64,000 nucleotides of DNA from the IMG/VR virus record IMGVR_UViG_3300034102_001587, positions 1-64,000 of that record. One strand, given 5' to 3'. Both the position numbers and the translations under genes were made by a program. The notes below the pieces were generated by a model, which had not been told where the DNA came from, ran no database searches, and saw only the letters and a list, made by a program, of their open reading frames with translations. Positions 45,026 through 55,130 of the stretch are shown here, one piece after another (within the stretch, counting starts at the first letter, position 1; each line of letters opens with the position of its first letter). The stretch comes from an uncultured virus (IMG/VR IMGVR_UViG_3300034102_001587). Lineage: Duplodnaviria > Heunggongvirae > Uroviricota > Caudoviricetes.

Positions 45026-47374
45026 ATGAACAGATTAGCACAATTTTTAATAGAAAGCATATTAGGTGAAGCGGCTCAGATAGACAAAACAATAGTTGTC
45101 TATTCGGGCCGCTTTCAACCTTTTCATAAGGGTCACTACGCAACGTATGACCATTTGGTTAAGAAGTTTGGAAGGGATAATGTTTATGTAGGAACTTCCG
45201 ATGTAACCGATTCAAAGAAATCTCCATTCGGGTTTAAGGAAAAGAAAGTAATAATGACAAAGATGTTTGGTATTCCATCAAACAAAATAGTCAGTATTAA
45301 AAACCCATACGCTCCACAAGAAATACTCAATAAATTTGATTCAGATACTACTGCATTTATAACAGCAGTTGGTGAAAAAGATTCTTCACGTCTAAGTGGT
45401 AAATACTTCAAACCATATAAAGGTAAAGTAGATACTGGATATTTGGATAGGGGGTACGTTTATATAGCACCTGCTCAATCAAATCCTATAAGTGGAACTG
45501 ATGTTCGTTATTGGTTAAGTGCTGGTAGTGAAGCGGATAGAAAGAAAGGTTTTATGAAAGCATATCCAAAGTTTGATGAGCAAATATTCAAAATGATTAC
45601 TCTCAAACTTAAATCTCTTAAAGAATATATTAACGAAGAAATTAAATTAAATGTTAAGATTGGTGACCAAATCTTAATGGGTAAATTTAAAAACAAAAAA
45701 GTTTTTGTTAAATCTATCGGAAAAGATGAATGGGGAATGCCAACAATCAATGGTAAGAAAGCCGTAACATTTAGAATTCCTAAGAAAGATATTAAAGAAG
45801 GACTAGGTGGTGGTGCTGGTGTTGGATTATCTTTGACTGGTGGATATATTAATGGAGCACCAAATCCAAAAGATGTTAAGAAATTAAAATCTAAATTGGA
45901 TAAAGATGGTAGTGAGGAATACACTAAAGTAAAAGAAGATAAAATACCAGGTGGAAAAGCCGAAGGTATGACACTATCGGATATAGCTAAACACCATAAA
46001 GTTAGTCAGCAGACTTTAAAGAACGAATTTATAAAAGGATATGCAGTAGAAAGAGAGCATACAACCGATGTAAATGTTGCAAAAGAAATAGCATTAGACC
46101 ATTTATACGAAGACCCAAATTATTATAGTAAATTATCAAAGATTGAAACCCCACTAAGTGAAGGTTTACTTTTAGAAGGTGGAGCATATGGACATATGAA
46201 TCACCCATTTGACATTCAGATGAATCTTACATTTGGTGACCTTAAAAATATTGTAACTAAAGCTCTTAATGGTGATTTGGAATTAGCAAGAGAAAAAACT
46301 GATGGACAGGCATTGGCAATTAGTTGGGTAAATGGTAGATTGGTTGCCGCAAGAAATAAATCTCATACAAAAAATAAAGGTGAAGGTGCAATGACTATAG
46401 GGCAGGTTGCAAAACAATTTGCTGGTAGAGGTGCTCTTACAGATGCTTATACATTTGCTATGAATGACCTTTCAAAAGCAATAGCAGGATTAACTGAACC
46501 ACAACGTAAGAAGATATTTAAAGATGGTGCATGTTTTATGAATTTGGAAGTAATATATCCAAAGAATTCAAACGTAATACCATATGGACAAAACATTTTA
46601 GTATTTCACGGAACTTTTGAATATAATAAAGAAGGTGAAGTAATCGGAGAGAACCAACAGGCGGCATCTATCTTAGCTGGTATGATTAAGCAAGTTAATA
46701 AGCATGTACAAAATACATACACAATTCAGGGACCCCCAATACAATCATTACCAAAATCTCAAGAACTTTCTAAATTACAAGGAAAGTATATATCAATGGT
46801 TAATAAATTGCAAAACGAATTTAAACTTTCTGATTCAGCTGGAGTAGCAGATTACCATCAGGCTTGGTGGCAAAATTATGTTGAAAAGAATGCAAAAAAA
46901 TTAGACATAAATTCAAAAATAGGGTTGGTTAAAAGATGGGCTTTTGGTGATAAATCAATGCGTATAAATCAAATACAAGACCAGAAGATAAAAGCATGGG
47001 CGGATAAAACTGATAAGCAAGACCAGCAAAAGATTATGAAAGAAAACATAATGAAGTTTGAACAAATCTTTTTAGGTGTTGGTGCTGATGTATTATCATT
47101 TATGGAATCTGTACTTACCGCCAATCCTTCGGATGCAACCAAACAATTAAGAAAAGAATTGGGAACTGCAATTAAGCAAATAAAAGCTTCTGGAAATCCA
47201 CAACAAATTGATAAATTAAAAATTGAATTAAGCCGCTTAAATTCTTTAGGTGGATTTGATAAAATTGTTCCAAATGAGGGTATTGTTTTCGTTTATGGGG
47301 GAAATACCTATAAATTGACTGGAGCATTTGCACCATTAAATCAAATATTGGGTATCTTTAAGTACGGAAGATAA
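45026..47374 (+). CDS. Multidomain protein: HIGH-motif nucleotidyltransferase (NMNAT/cytidylyltransferase-like), DUF5661-like domain and ligase-like (KxDG) domain
   Basis: GRFQPFHKGH and ISGTDVR; VEREH..AKEIALDHLYEDPNYYSKL; GHMNHPFD, EKTDG, ARNK, EGIVF..YKLTG. Confidence 0.7.
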   Translation: MNRLAQFLIESILGEAAQIDKTIVVYSGRFQPFHKGHYATYDHLVKKFGRDNVYVGTSDVTDSKKSPFGFKEKKVIMTKMFGIPSNKIVSIKNPYAPQEILNKFDSDTTAFITAVGEKDSSRLSGKYFKPYKGKVDTGYLDRGYVYIAPAQSNPISGTDVRYWLSAGSEADRKKGFMKAYPKFDEQIFKMITLKLKSLKEYINEEIKLNVKIGDQILMGKFKNKKVFVKSIGKDEWGMPTINGKKAVTFRIPKKDIKEGLGGGAGVGLSLTGGYINGAPNPKDVKKLKSKLDKDGSEEYTKVKEDKIPGGKAEGMTLSDIAKHHKVSQQTLKNEFIKGYAVEREHTTDVNVAKEIALDHLYEDPNYYSKLSKIETPLSEGLLLEGGAYGHMNHPFDIQMNLTFGDLKNIVTKALNGDLELAREKTDGQALAISWVNGRLVAARNKSHTKNKGEGAMTIGQVAKQFAGRGALTDAYTFAMNDLSKAIAGLTEPQRKKIFKDGACFMNLEVIYPKNSNVIPYGQNILVFHGTFEYNKEGEVIGENQQAASILAGMIKQVNKHVQNTYTIQGPPIQSLPKSQELSKLQGKYISMVNKLQNEFKLSDSAGVADYHQAWWQNYVEKNAKKLDINSKIGLVKRWAFGDKSMRINQIQDQKIKAWADKTDKQDQQKIMKENIMKFEQIFLGVGADVLSFMESVLTANPSDATKQLRKELGTAIKQIKASGNPQQIDKLKIELSRLNSLGGFDKIVPNEGIVFVYGGNTYKLTGAFAPLNQILGIFKYGR

Positions 47375-47394
47375 TCGTTTTATTTAATTTTGAT

Positions 47395-47403
47395 ATACTT
47401 ATA
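47395..47403 (+). promoter_or_regulatory. Putative late promoter variant ATACTTATA
   Basis: 23 nt before the ATG at 47427. Confidence 0.55.
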
Positions 47404-47426
47404 TATACGAATATATCAAAACTAAT

Positions 47427-48110
47427 ATGGCAAAGGAATTTCAAAAAAAGTACATGCATCCAACCCGCCGAAAGTTGGTAAATATGGTTTTAACAGGCGG
47501 TGATTATGAAAAAAATACACAAATATCATTCGCCGGGGCAGATAAACAAAATGTAAAACGTGAGGTTGGTGAAAGATGGACTGATGAAAACGGAAAGTCT
47601 TGGGAGCAACATGCTGCTGGTAAAGTAGAAGTATCCGAATTGGGTGATATAATGGCTGAGACACGAGCTTACCTAGCTGCATTAAATAGTTGCAAGGGTG
47701 ATGCTTGTAATACAATTAAATTAAGTAGAGCTGATAAAAAACTCATCTCAAAAACTGGATATTGTGCAACTTGTTTAGCAAAAAAAGAATTAACAATTAA
47801 ATTAGATGGGTTGTGGGAAGCATATGAAGATTATAAAATATACAATAATATGATTTCGTATGGTAAAGATGTAGTATCACAATTTCAACAAGCGTACAAT
47901 GATGCTAAGCAAGATTATGAAGTTGTGCAAGAAGATGGTACGCTTGAAAAGTGGAGTATGGAAAGAGATGTAAATGAATTAAAGGCAGAAATACTTGCTG
48001 ATATTACACGATTTGAAGAAGAAATACAACAGGCAAAAAAACTAAGAAATGAGGCTTGGGAAAAACTTAAAGATAAAAATTACGATTTAGTTAAACCACC
48101 AATTGATTAA
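47427..48110 (+). CDS. Hypothetical protein with four-Cys cluster, coupled to the terminase
   Basis: CKGDAC...YCATC; TAATG overlap with terL. Confidence 0.6.
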   Translation: MAKEFQKKYMHPTRRKLVNMVLTGGDYEKNTQISFAGADKQNVKREVGERWTDENGKSWEQHAAGKVEVSELGDIMAETRAYLAALNSCKGDACNTIKLSRADKKLISKTGYCATCLAKKELTIKLDGLWEAYEDYKIYNNMISYGKDVVSQFQQAYNDAKQDYEVVQEDGTLEKWSMERDVNELKAEILADITRFEEEIQQAKKLRNEAWEKLKDKNYDLVKPPID

Positions 48111-49711
48111 TGGCTCAAAATTTAGGTATAACACAAAAGAAATCTTTAAAAGAGATTATTGCAGAAGAATACAAAAAGTGTGCTAGTGACCCTATACACT
48201 TTATGAAAAAATATTGTATGATTCAGCATCCGGTGAGAGGTAAAATACCTTTTCACCTTTTCCCATTTCAGGAAAAAACATTAACTCAATTTGCAAATAA
48301 TCGTTTTAATATAGTATTGAAATCACGTCAAACTGGTATCTCAACGCTATCAGCTGGTTATGCACTTTGGAAAATGTTATTCAATTCGGATTTCAATGTA
48401 TTGGTTATTGCAACAAAGCAAGATGTAGCAAAAAACTTAGTAACTAAAGTAAGGGTGATGCATGAATTACTTCCTTCTTGGTTGAAGGGTGGTTCTTTGG
48501 AAGATAATAAACTTTCCCTTCGTTTACACAATGGTTCTCAAATTAAGGCTATTGCTAGTTCTCCGGATGCAGGACGTTCCGAAGCCCTATCACTTCTTAT
48601 ATTTGATGAGGCTGCTTTTATTGATGATATTGATGAGATTTGGGTGGCAGCTCAATCTACCTTATCAACGGGTGGTAGTTGTATTGCACTTTCTACTCCT
48701 AATGGTGTGGGTAACTGGTTTCACAAAACTTGGTTAGGTGCAGAGGAAGGACAAAATCCATTCAATACAATTAGATTGCATTGGACAGTTCATCCTGAAA
48801 GAGGACAACAATGGAGAGATGAACAAGAAAAACTATTAGGACAAAAGAAAGCAGCTCAAGAATGTGATTGTGATTTCGTATCTTCTGGTGATACTGTTAT
48901 TGATCCTGAACTATTGATGTTTTACAAAGAAACATTTTGCCAAGACCCAATTGAAAAGACTGGATTTGATGGAAACCTTTGGAGATGGGAATATCCAATG
49001 GCAAATGGTTCATATATGGTGATAGCCGATGTGGCGAGAGGAGATGGAAGTGACTATTCAGCCGCACATGTTATGGATATTACAACTTGTACACAAGTTG
49101 CTGAATATAAAGGAAAAATTGATACAAAAGACTTTGGAAACTTCTTAGTCAATCTCTCAACAGAATATAATGATGCATTATTAGTAATAGAAAATGCAAA
49201 TATTGGATGGGCTTGTATTCAACAATGTATAGATAGACAATATAAAAACTTATTCTATATGAGTAAGGATTTAAAGTATGTAGATGTTGAACACCAAATG
49301 AGAAACAAATATAGAGCTGACGAAAAACAAATGGTTGCTGGATTCTCAACAACTTCTAAAACTAGACCTTTGATTGTATCTAAATTAGATGAATACTTTA
49401 GGGAAAAAGCAGTAACAGTTCGTTCAAATCGTTTGATAGATGAATTGTTTACTTTCATATTCATTAATGGTAGAGCAGAGGCTATGAAAAGTTATAATGA
49501 TGATTTGGTGATGGCATTTTGTATTGGGTTGTGGGTAAGAGATACGGCACTTAGATTAAGACAAGAAGGAATAGACCTTACAAAAAGAACTTTGGGTGGT
49601 ATTTCATCAAATCAACAATACGAAGGTGTTTATGGACCATCCGATAGGGATGATAACCCTTGGAAAATGAGAATTGGTGATAATTTTGAGGACTTAACAC
49701 AGTGGTTGTAA
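48110..49711 (+). CDS. terL: Terminase large subunit (gp17-like)
   Basis: LFPFQ, KSRQTGIST (Walker A), LIFDEAAF (Walker B), LSTPNG, nuclease motifs ADVARG..DYS, IENANIG, NDDLVMA. Confidence 0.95.
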   Translation: MAQNLGITQKKSLKEIIAEEYKKCASDPIHFMKKYCMIQHPVRGKIPFHLFPFQEKTLTQFANNRFNIVLKSRQTGISTLSAGYALWKMLFNSDFNVLVIATKQDVAKNLVTKVRVMHELLPSWLKGGSLEDNKLSLRLHNGSQIKAIASSPDAGRSEALSLLIFDEAAFIDDIDEIWVAAQSTLSTGGSCIALSTPNGVGNWFHKTWLGAEEGQNPFNTIRLHWTVHPERGQQWRDEQEKLLGQKKAAQECDCDFVSSGDTVIDPELLMFYKETFCQDPIEKTGFDGNLWRWEYPMANGSYMVIADVARGDGSDYSAAHVMDITTCTQVAEYKGKIDTKDFGNFLVNLSTEYNDALLVIENANIGWACIQQCIDRQYKNLFYMSKDLKYVDVEHQMRNKYRADEKQMVAGFSTTSKTRPLIVSKLDEYFREKAVTVRSNRLIDELFTFIFINGRAEAMKSYNDDLVMAFCIGLWVRDTALRLRQEGIDLTKRTLGGISSNQQYEGVYGPSDRDDNPWKMRIGDNFEDLTQWL

Positions 49712-49735
49712 ATTATAGTGTTTTGATATTTTCCG

Positions 49736-49744
49736 ATATTTATG
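49736..49744 (+). promoter_or_regulatory. Putative late promoter variant ATATTTATG
   Basis: 28 nt before the ATG at 49773. Confidence 0.5.
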
Positions 49745-49772
49745 GTATATGTCAAAATAAAAGGAGACTAAA

Positions 49773-50210
49773 ATGATTAAATTAACAAATATCCTAAAAG
49801 AAGATGAATATGTAAATAAAGCATATTCTAAGGGAGACCAACCAGCCGATAACCCAATTGATGATTATGATGAATTGGATGTTGAGCAAGAAGATATGGA
49901 TGATTTTATAAATTATCTTAAATCTTACTCACAATCGTTAGATGAAGCTAATTGTAATTGTGTTTACGAGGCAGAATATCAGGGTAGAGAAGTAAAGTTA
50001 GGTAAACCAATGCAAGGTGATGTTAAAAAGTTTAAAGTTTATGTTAAGAATCCTAAAACAGGTAAAGTAGTTAAGGTAAACTTTGGAGATAAAACAATGA
50101 GAATTAAGAAGTCTAATCCTGATAGAAGAAAATCCTTCAGAGCAAGACACAATTGTGATAATCCTGGTCCAAGAACAAAAGCAAGATATTGGTCTTGTAG
50201 AAAATGGTAA
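49773..50210 (+). CDS. Basic phage head-region protein with MIKL leader
   Basis: MIKLTNILKE; C-terminal KKFKVYV..VNFGD..RRKSFRARHNC..ARYWSC. Confidence 0.65.
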   Translation: MIKLTNILKEDEYVNKAYSKGDQPADNPIDDYDELDVEQEDMDDFINYLKSYSQSLDEANCNCVYEAEYQGREVKLGKPMQGDVKKFKVYVKNPKTGKVVKVNFGDKTMRIKKSNPDRRKSFRARHNCDNPGPRTKARYWSCRKW

Positions 50211-50218
50211 AATAAATT

Positions 50219-52003
50219 ATGGCAGAACAATTCCAAGACGATAGGAGTTTCTTTGGGAGACTTAAAAAACTATTCTCAACTAATGCAATCGTAACCGTTG
50301 ATAAAGAAGGTAAACGTAGAGTAGTTGACGTTGAAGATAGACAGCTGAATACAAACTTTGTAAACCTAAGAGATAGGTACACAAAACTTCAAAGGTCTTA
50401 CTTCGAAACACATCAAGGTGCTCAATCAATGGCATATCACCAAGTTCGTAGAGAACTTTTTAGAGATTATGATGCTATGGATATGGACCCGATTATAGGT
50501 TCAGCATTAGACATATATGCAGATGAATCCACAACCAAGAATGAATATGGTGATGTTCTTCAAATTAAATCAACGAATGAGAACGTAAGAGAAATGCTTC
50601 ACAATCTATTCTATGATATAATGAATGTGGAATTTAACTTATGGCCTTGGATTAGAAACTTAGTAAAATATGGTGATGCTTTCTTAGCATTAGAAATTAT
50701 GCCTGGTAAAGGTATTATCAACGTAGCACCACACTCAACTTATAACGTAGAGAGATTAGAAGGTACTGACCCAAATAATCCTGATTATGTTAAGTATAAG
50801 GTGGAATTGGACAGATTTGGTAAAAAGGAATATGAGCAATACGAAATGGCTCACTTCAGAATGCTATCAGACACTAACTTTTTACCTTATGGCAAATCAA
50901 TGGTTGAAGGTGCAAGAAGAATTTGGAAACAATTATCTCTTATGGAAGATGCGATGTTAATTCATCGTATTATGAGAGCACCTGAAAAGAGAGTATTCAA
51001 AATTGATATTGGTAACATTCCACCGCAAGAGGTAGATAACTATATGCAAAAGATTATTAACAAAATGAAGAAAACTCCATTTGTTGATAAAAATACTGGC
51101 GATTATAACTTAAAATACAATATCCAAAACCTTACTGAAGATTTTTTCCTACCTGTTCGTGGTAGTGATAGTGGTACAACTATTGATAATCTGCAAGGTT
51201 TAGAATATGCAGCAATTGAAGATATTGATTACTTAAAGAATAAATTATTTGCAGCTCTAAGAGTACCAAAGGCTTACTTATCTTATGATGAAAATGTTAA
51301 TGGTAAAGCTACATTGGCTGCAGAAGATGTTCGTTTTGCAAGAACTATTGAAAGAATCCAACGTACAGTTGTTAGTGAATTGGCAAAAATTGCAGTAGTT
51401 CACTTAGCAGCAAATGGTATTGATGATTCAGAAATGACAAATTTTGAATTAACACTCACAAACGCTTCTACAATCTATGAGCAAGAAAAGGTTAATTTAT
51501 GGTCTGAAAAAGTAAGATTAGCATCTGATGCAAAAGCACTTAATATGTTATCATCTGATTGGTCTTATCATAATATATTTGGGTTATCGCAAGATGAAAT
51601 AGATATTGAAAGAGCAAAAGTAATCTTAGACCTAAAAGATAGATTCAGACATACATCAATAGAACAACAAGGACAAGACCCAGCAAACCCACCACAACAA
51701 CAAAATGTGGAAGAAGAAATCAGTAAATTAAAAACTGAAATTGAATTAAATAGGGGAGTTGGTAGACCTAAAGAAGGAAACACTTATGGTAAAGATAAGC
51801 ACCCATATGGTAGAGACCCATTGGGAGATAAGGAAAATCATAAGGAACGAAAGAGAGATGATAGAACATTAAACACAAACGCTAAAAAGCTTGCACGTGA
51901 ATATATAAACGGAATTTCATCAAAAAAGAAGGTTTTAAACGAAAAATCCCAAAAATCGGGTATGTTAGATGAAAAAAACCTGTTAGATGAAACTAAAATT
52001 TAA
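50219..52003 (+). CDS. Portal protein (gp20-like)
   Basis: ALDIYADE, LMEDAMLIHRIMRAPEKRVFKIDIGN, EDFFLPVRG, DIDYLKNKLFAALRVPK. Confidence 0.95.
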   Translation: MAEQFQDDRSFFGRLKKLFSTNAIVTVDKEGKRRVVDVEDRQLNTNFVNLRDRYTKLQRSYFETHQGAQSMAYHQVRRELFRDYDAMDMDPIIGSALDIYADESTTKNEYGDVLQIKSTNENVREMLHNLFYDIMNVEFNLWPWIRNLVKYGDAFLALEIMPGKGIINVAPHSTYNVERLEGTDPNNPDYVKYKVELDRFGKKEYEQYEMAHFRMLSDTNFLPYGKSMVEGARRIWKQLSLMEDAMLIHRIMRAPEKRVFKIDIGNIPPQEVDNYMQKIINKMKKTPFVDKNTGDYNLKYNIQNLTEDFFLPVRGSDSGTTIDNLQGLEYAAIEDIDYLKNKLFAALRVPKAYLSYDENVNGKATLAAEDVRFARTIERIQRTVVSELAKIAVVHLAANGIDDSEMTNFELTLTNASTIYEQEKVNLWSEKVRLASDAKALNMLSSDWSYHNIFGLSQDEIDIERAKVILDLKDRFRHTSIEQQGQDPANPPQQQNVEEEISKLKTEIELNRGVGRPKEGNTYGKDKHPYGRDPLGDKENHKERKRDDRTLNTNAKKLAREYINGISSKKKVLNEKSQKSGMLDEKNLLDETKI

Positions 52004-52020
52004 TAAAGAAAAATTTGTTT

Positions 52021-52029
52021 ATATTTATA
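52021..52029 (+). promoter_or_regulatory. Putative late promoter motif ATATTTATA
   Basis: 40 nt before the ATG at 52070. Confidence 0.6.
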
Positions 52030-52069
52030 TGTGTTAGTTTATAGGGTAGAATAAATATAGGGTAAGTAA

Positions 52070-52939
52070 ATGAAAAAAATTAAACACTCAAAGTTTAAGA
52101 ATACTGGAGTGTTATTTGAGCTTTTAGTAAGACAAATAACGCTTGAAATTCTTAATGGCGATAAATCTGAAAACGCAAAAAGAATTGTAGCAGAGTTCTT
52201 TGCTCCAAATACGGAATTAAACAAAGAATTACGTCTATATGACATATTGTTAAAGGAAAAATATAATTCCGAAACAAAAGCAGATAGATTGGTAGAAACA
52301 GTATGTGATGCACACGCTAAATTAAATCAATCGATACTTTCTAAAGAGAAATTTAACCTTATTAAAGAAATTTCAGCAAAATTTGAAATTGAACAATTTT
52401 TATCATCCCCTATTTCTAACTATAAAGTTCTAGCATCTATATATAAAGTATTTGAATCTAAGAGAGCAGATGTATATGATATTAAAGATATTTTTAATTC
52501 TAAGATTACCCTAATCGAAAACATTACATCAAAGCCCGCTCAACAAATCCAACCAGCTGAAGATAAAAAGTTGATTGAATCCTATAAACAACAAGACAAA
52601 GACCTTAGATTACTTACTTATAAGATTTTAGTAGAAACTTTCAACAAAAAATATACAAATTTAGATGATTCTCAAAAGAATTTGTTGAAAGAATATATAA
52701 ACAATATCACTAATACTACGAAATTTAAAGATTACGTTGGACAAGAATTGCCAAATATTATTTCTGAATTAAATGGTATTAAATCAAAATTAAAAGATAA
52801 AGTTACGCAAATCAAACTATCAGAAACTATTTCCGTTTTAGAAAAAATGAAAATTGGAAAGACTGTATCTGATTCTCAAGTTTCATCAATTATGCTTTCT
52901 TATGAGCTAATTAAGGAACTTAAATCTAAAGTAAAATAA
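52070..52939 (+). CDS. Hypothetical head-module protein
   Basis: KHSKFKNTGVLFELLVRQ; lies between portal and protease. Confidence 0.65.
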   Translation: MKKIKHSKFKNTGVLFELLVRQITLEILNGDKSENAKRIVAEFFAPNTELNKELRLYDILLKEKYNSETKADRLVETVCDAHAKLNQSILSKEKFNLIKEISAKFEIEQFLSSPISNYKVLASIYKVFESKRADVYDIKDIFNSKITLIENITSKPAQQIQPAEDKKLIESYKQQDKDLRLLTYKILVETFNKKYTNLDDSQKNLLKEYINNITNTTKFKDYVGQELPNIISELNGIKSKLKDKVTQIKLSETISVLEKMKIGKTVSDSQVSSIMLSYELIKELKSKVK

Positions 52940-53604
52940 TGGAAGCAAGATTAAAAGAGGCTATTCGTAAATACGTTAGAGAAAGAAACATTCAAAAAAC
53001 TTTGGATGAAATGTCAGTAACAGGTAATGTGGCTGGATATAATACCCCAGCGGCATTTTCAAAGCCTGGTCAAACTGCAAAGAAAAATAAAAGATTAGCT
53101 GCAATTGCAGGTGGTACTGTTGTTGATGATTTGGAAGAAGGTTTGACAAGTAGTGCTGGTGCACCATTTTCAAAACCATCTGAAGTTGCTGGTAAAAACG
53201 CAAAATTAGCTAAATTATCCGGAGCTACTATTGTTGGTGAAGGTGAAAAAGATTGGGCATTAGGTGATGTGCCGGCTAGTAAAGATGAAGCACTTCCAAT
53301 GAAACCAACAGCTGCAAAAGAAGTTGATAAAGCTAAAGTTGCAGATATTAGCGGTATGATTGTTGCGGAAAATAGATGGTTAGAATTAAAAAGAGAAGAA
53401 TCTTCACCAAAATCAAAAGTTGGTAGAGGTGTTTCTAATATACACAAACAACTTTCTGAAATAGAGAAGTTTGTTAATTGGTATTCTAAAATTAAGACTG
53501 AAAATGGACTTAAGAAAGAAGATTACTGGAAAAGAACAAACGCATCTCTTTATAAAATCAGAGAAAGGTTAATGGGAATAACTGAAAAATTAAGAACTTT
53601 ATAA
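52939..53604 (+). CDS. Hypothetical head-module protein with internal repeats
   Basis: FSKP..KN..LA..G.T.V repeated; LDE, LEE and VAE sites. Confidence 0.6.
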   Translation: MEARLKEAIRKYVRERNIQKTLDEMSVTGNVAGYNTPAAFSKPGQTAKKNKRLAAIAGGTVVDDLEEGLTSSAGAPFSKPSEVAGKNAKLAKLSGATIVGEGEKDWALGDVPASKDEALPMKPTAAKEVDKAKVADISGMIVAENRWLELKREESSPKSKVGRGVSNIHKQLSEIEKFVNWYSKIKTENGLKKEDYWKRTNASLYKIRERLMGITEKLRTL

Positions 53605-53605
53605 T

Positions 53606-53974
53606 ATGCCAGCACAATCTAAAGCACAACAACGATTTATGGGTATGGTACATGCAGTACAAAAAGGAGACATGGAAGCACCATCTAAAGAAGTTGAAAA
53701 AGCAGCAGACTCAATGAGTAAAAAATCTGCTAAAGATTTTGCTTCAACATCACATAAAGGATTACCTAATAAAAAAGAAAATATGAAAATCTCAAAAAGT
53801 AGATTAAAAGAAATAGTTAAAGAAGTTTTAAAGGAAGAATCTGAATATCAAGCTTTCTTTAAAAAAGCATTAGAAAAAGCTGGCAAATCTATCACCTCAA
53901 TGAGTGATGATGAGAAAAAAGCATTCTTCAACAAAATTGATACAGCTTGGAATTCAAAAGGAGAAAAAAAGTAA
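53606..53974 (+). CDS. Small head-module protein (DUF3008-like N-terminus)
   Basis: MPAQSKAQQRFMGMV..DFAST.HKGLP, then MKISKSRLKEIVKEVLKEE. Confidence 0.6.
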   Translation: MPAQSKAQQRFMGMVHAVQKGDMEAPSKEVEKAADSMSKKSAKDFASTSHKGLPNKKENMKISKSRLKEIVKEVLKEESEYQAFFKKALEKAGKSITSMSDDEKKAFFNKIDTAWNSKGEKK

Positions 53975-53975
53975 T

Positions 53976-54569
53976 ATGAAAGCACTTTTAATAGAAACAC
54001 ATTTATTTGAAGGTAAAGTAAAAGAAGATGAGGGGGGTAGAACCTTAGTAAAAGGTGTCTTACAAAGAGCTGGTGCGGAAAATCAAAATGGCAGAATATA
54101 TCCGAAACCAATCTTAGAAAGAGAAGCTAAGAAATATTTAACATTTATTAAAGAGCGTAGAGCTTTAGGTGAATTAGACCATCCAGATTCAACTGTTATC
54201 AATTTAAAAAATGTTTCTCACAATATCAAAGAAATTTGGTGGGAAGGTGATGACTTATGTGGAACGGTTGAGATTCTATCAACACCATCCGGTAACATTC
54301 TTAAAGAGTTACTAAAAGCTGGTATTCTATTGGGTATTTCATCAAGAGGAATGGGTTCAACTAGACCTATGAGTGGAAACAAAGTAGAAGTACAAGAAGA
54401 TTTTGAATTGATTGGTTGGGATTTTGTATCCAATCCATCTACACATGGTGCATTTATGGTCCCAATGAATGAGTCCGTAAATCCACTAAAACAAATTGGT
54501 ACTGATGTGTGTGGTGAATACTGCAAGGCACAGGATTTAATGAGAGAAATAATAACTGAAATAGCATAA
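53976..54569 (+). CDS. Prohead core protease (gp21-like)
   Basis: NQNGRIYP, ALGELDHP, VSH, GISSRGMGS, DFVSNPST. True start is likely the ATG at 53976, not 53904. Confidence 0.95.
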   Translation: MKALLIETHLFEGKVKEDEGGRTLVKGVLQRAGAENQNGRIYPKPILEREAKKYLTFIKERRALGELDHPDSTVINLKNVSHNIKEIWWEGDDLCGTVEILSTPSGNILKELLKAGILLGISSRGMGSTRPMSGNKVEVQEDFELIGWDFVSNPSTHGAFMVPMNESVNPLKQIGTDVCGEYCKAQDLMREIITEIA

Positions 54570-54570
54570 A

Positions 54571-55128
54571 ATGAGCAAGAATTTTGATATATACAGCTAC
54601 GTTCACAACAACAAATTCAAATTGAAAGTTGAAGAACCAAAGCACGTAACTAAAGTAGCTAAAGGATACAACGATATTCGTAAAACTGCTTTAACTGAAG
54701 TAAAGATTAAGGATGGTAAATTTTCTATTAAAGAGAATTTGGAATCACCTGATAGAAAACTTTCTTTAGAAGTAAAAAAGCACTTCTTAGAAATTATCTC
54801 TACTTACAATACTTTCCAAGACCAAATGAAACGTAACTCAGATATGACTGAAGTTTCTGAAACATTGGGTGCTATTGTAGAGGCTGCAAAAGAATTATCA
54901 TTAAGAGAAGCTAACGATTGGTTCGATGCTCAAACTGTAAAAAGAAATATGAGTGAGTTGGATAAATTGGGTAAGCAATTTGATAAATTCTCAGTAGAAG
55001 CAAAAGCAATGGATGAAAGATTACATGCTTTATATGAAGATATGGGTCACATCCTAAATCGTTACTATGAAATCTCTGACATCCCAACTGATGTAATGAG
55101 AGAAAGACTTGCAATGAAAAAGAAATAA
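54571..55128 (+). CDS. Hypothetical head-module protein
   Basis: DWFD..TVKRNM..ALYEDMGHILNRYY. Confidence 0.6.
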   Translation: MSKNFDIYSYVHNNKFKLKVEEPKHVTKVAKGYNDIRKTALTEVKIKDGKFSIKENLESPDRKLSLEVKKHFLEIISTYNTFQDQMKRNSDMTEVSETLGAIVEAAKELSLREANDWFDAQTVKRNMSELDKLGKQFDKFSVEAKAMDERLHALYEDMGHILNRYYEISDIPTDVMRERLAMKKK

Positions 55129-55130
55129 GA

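Noticed and set aside
53904..53975. N-terminal extension of the prohead protease in the ORF track
   Set aside because: It overlaps the upstream gene; the ATG at 53976 fits operon spacing better.
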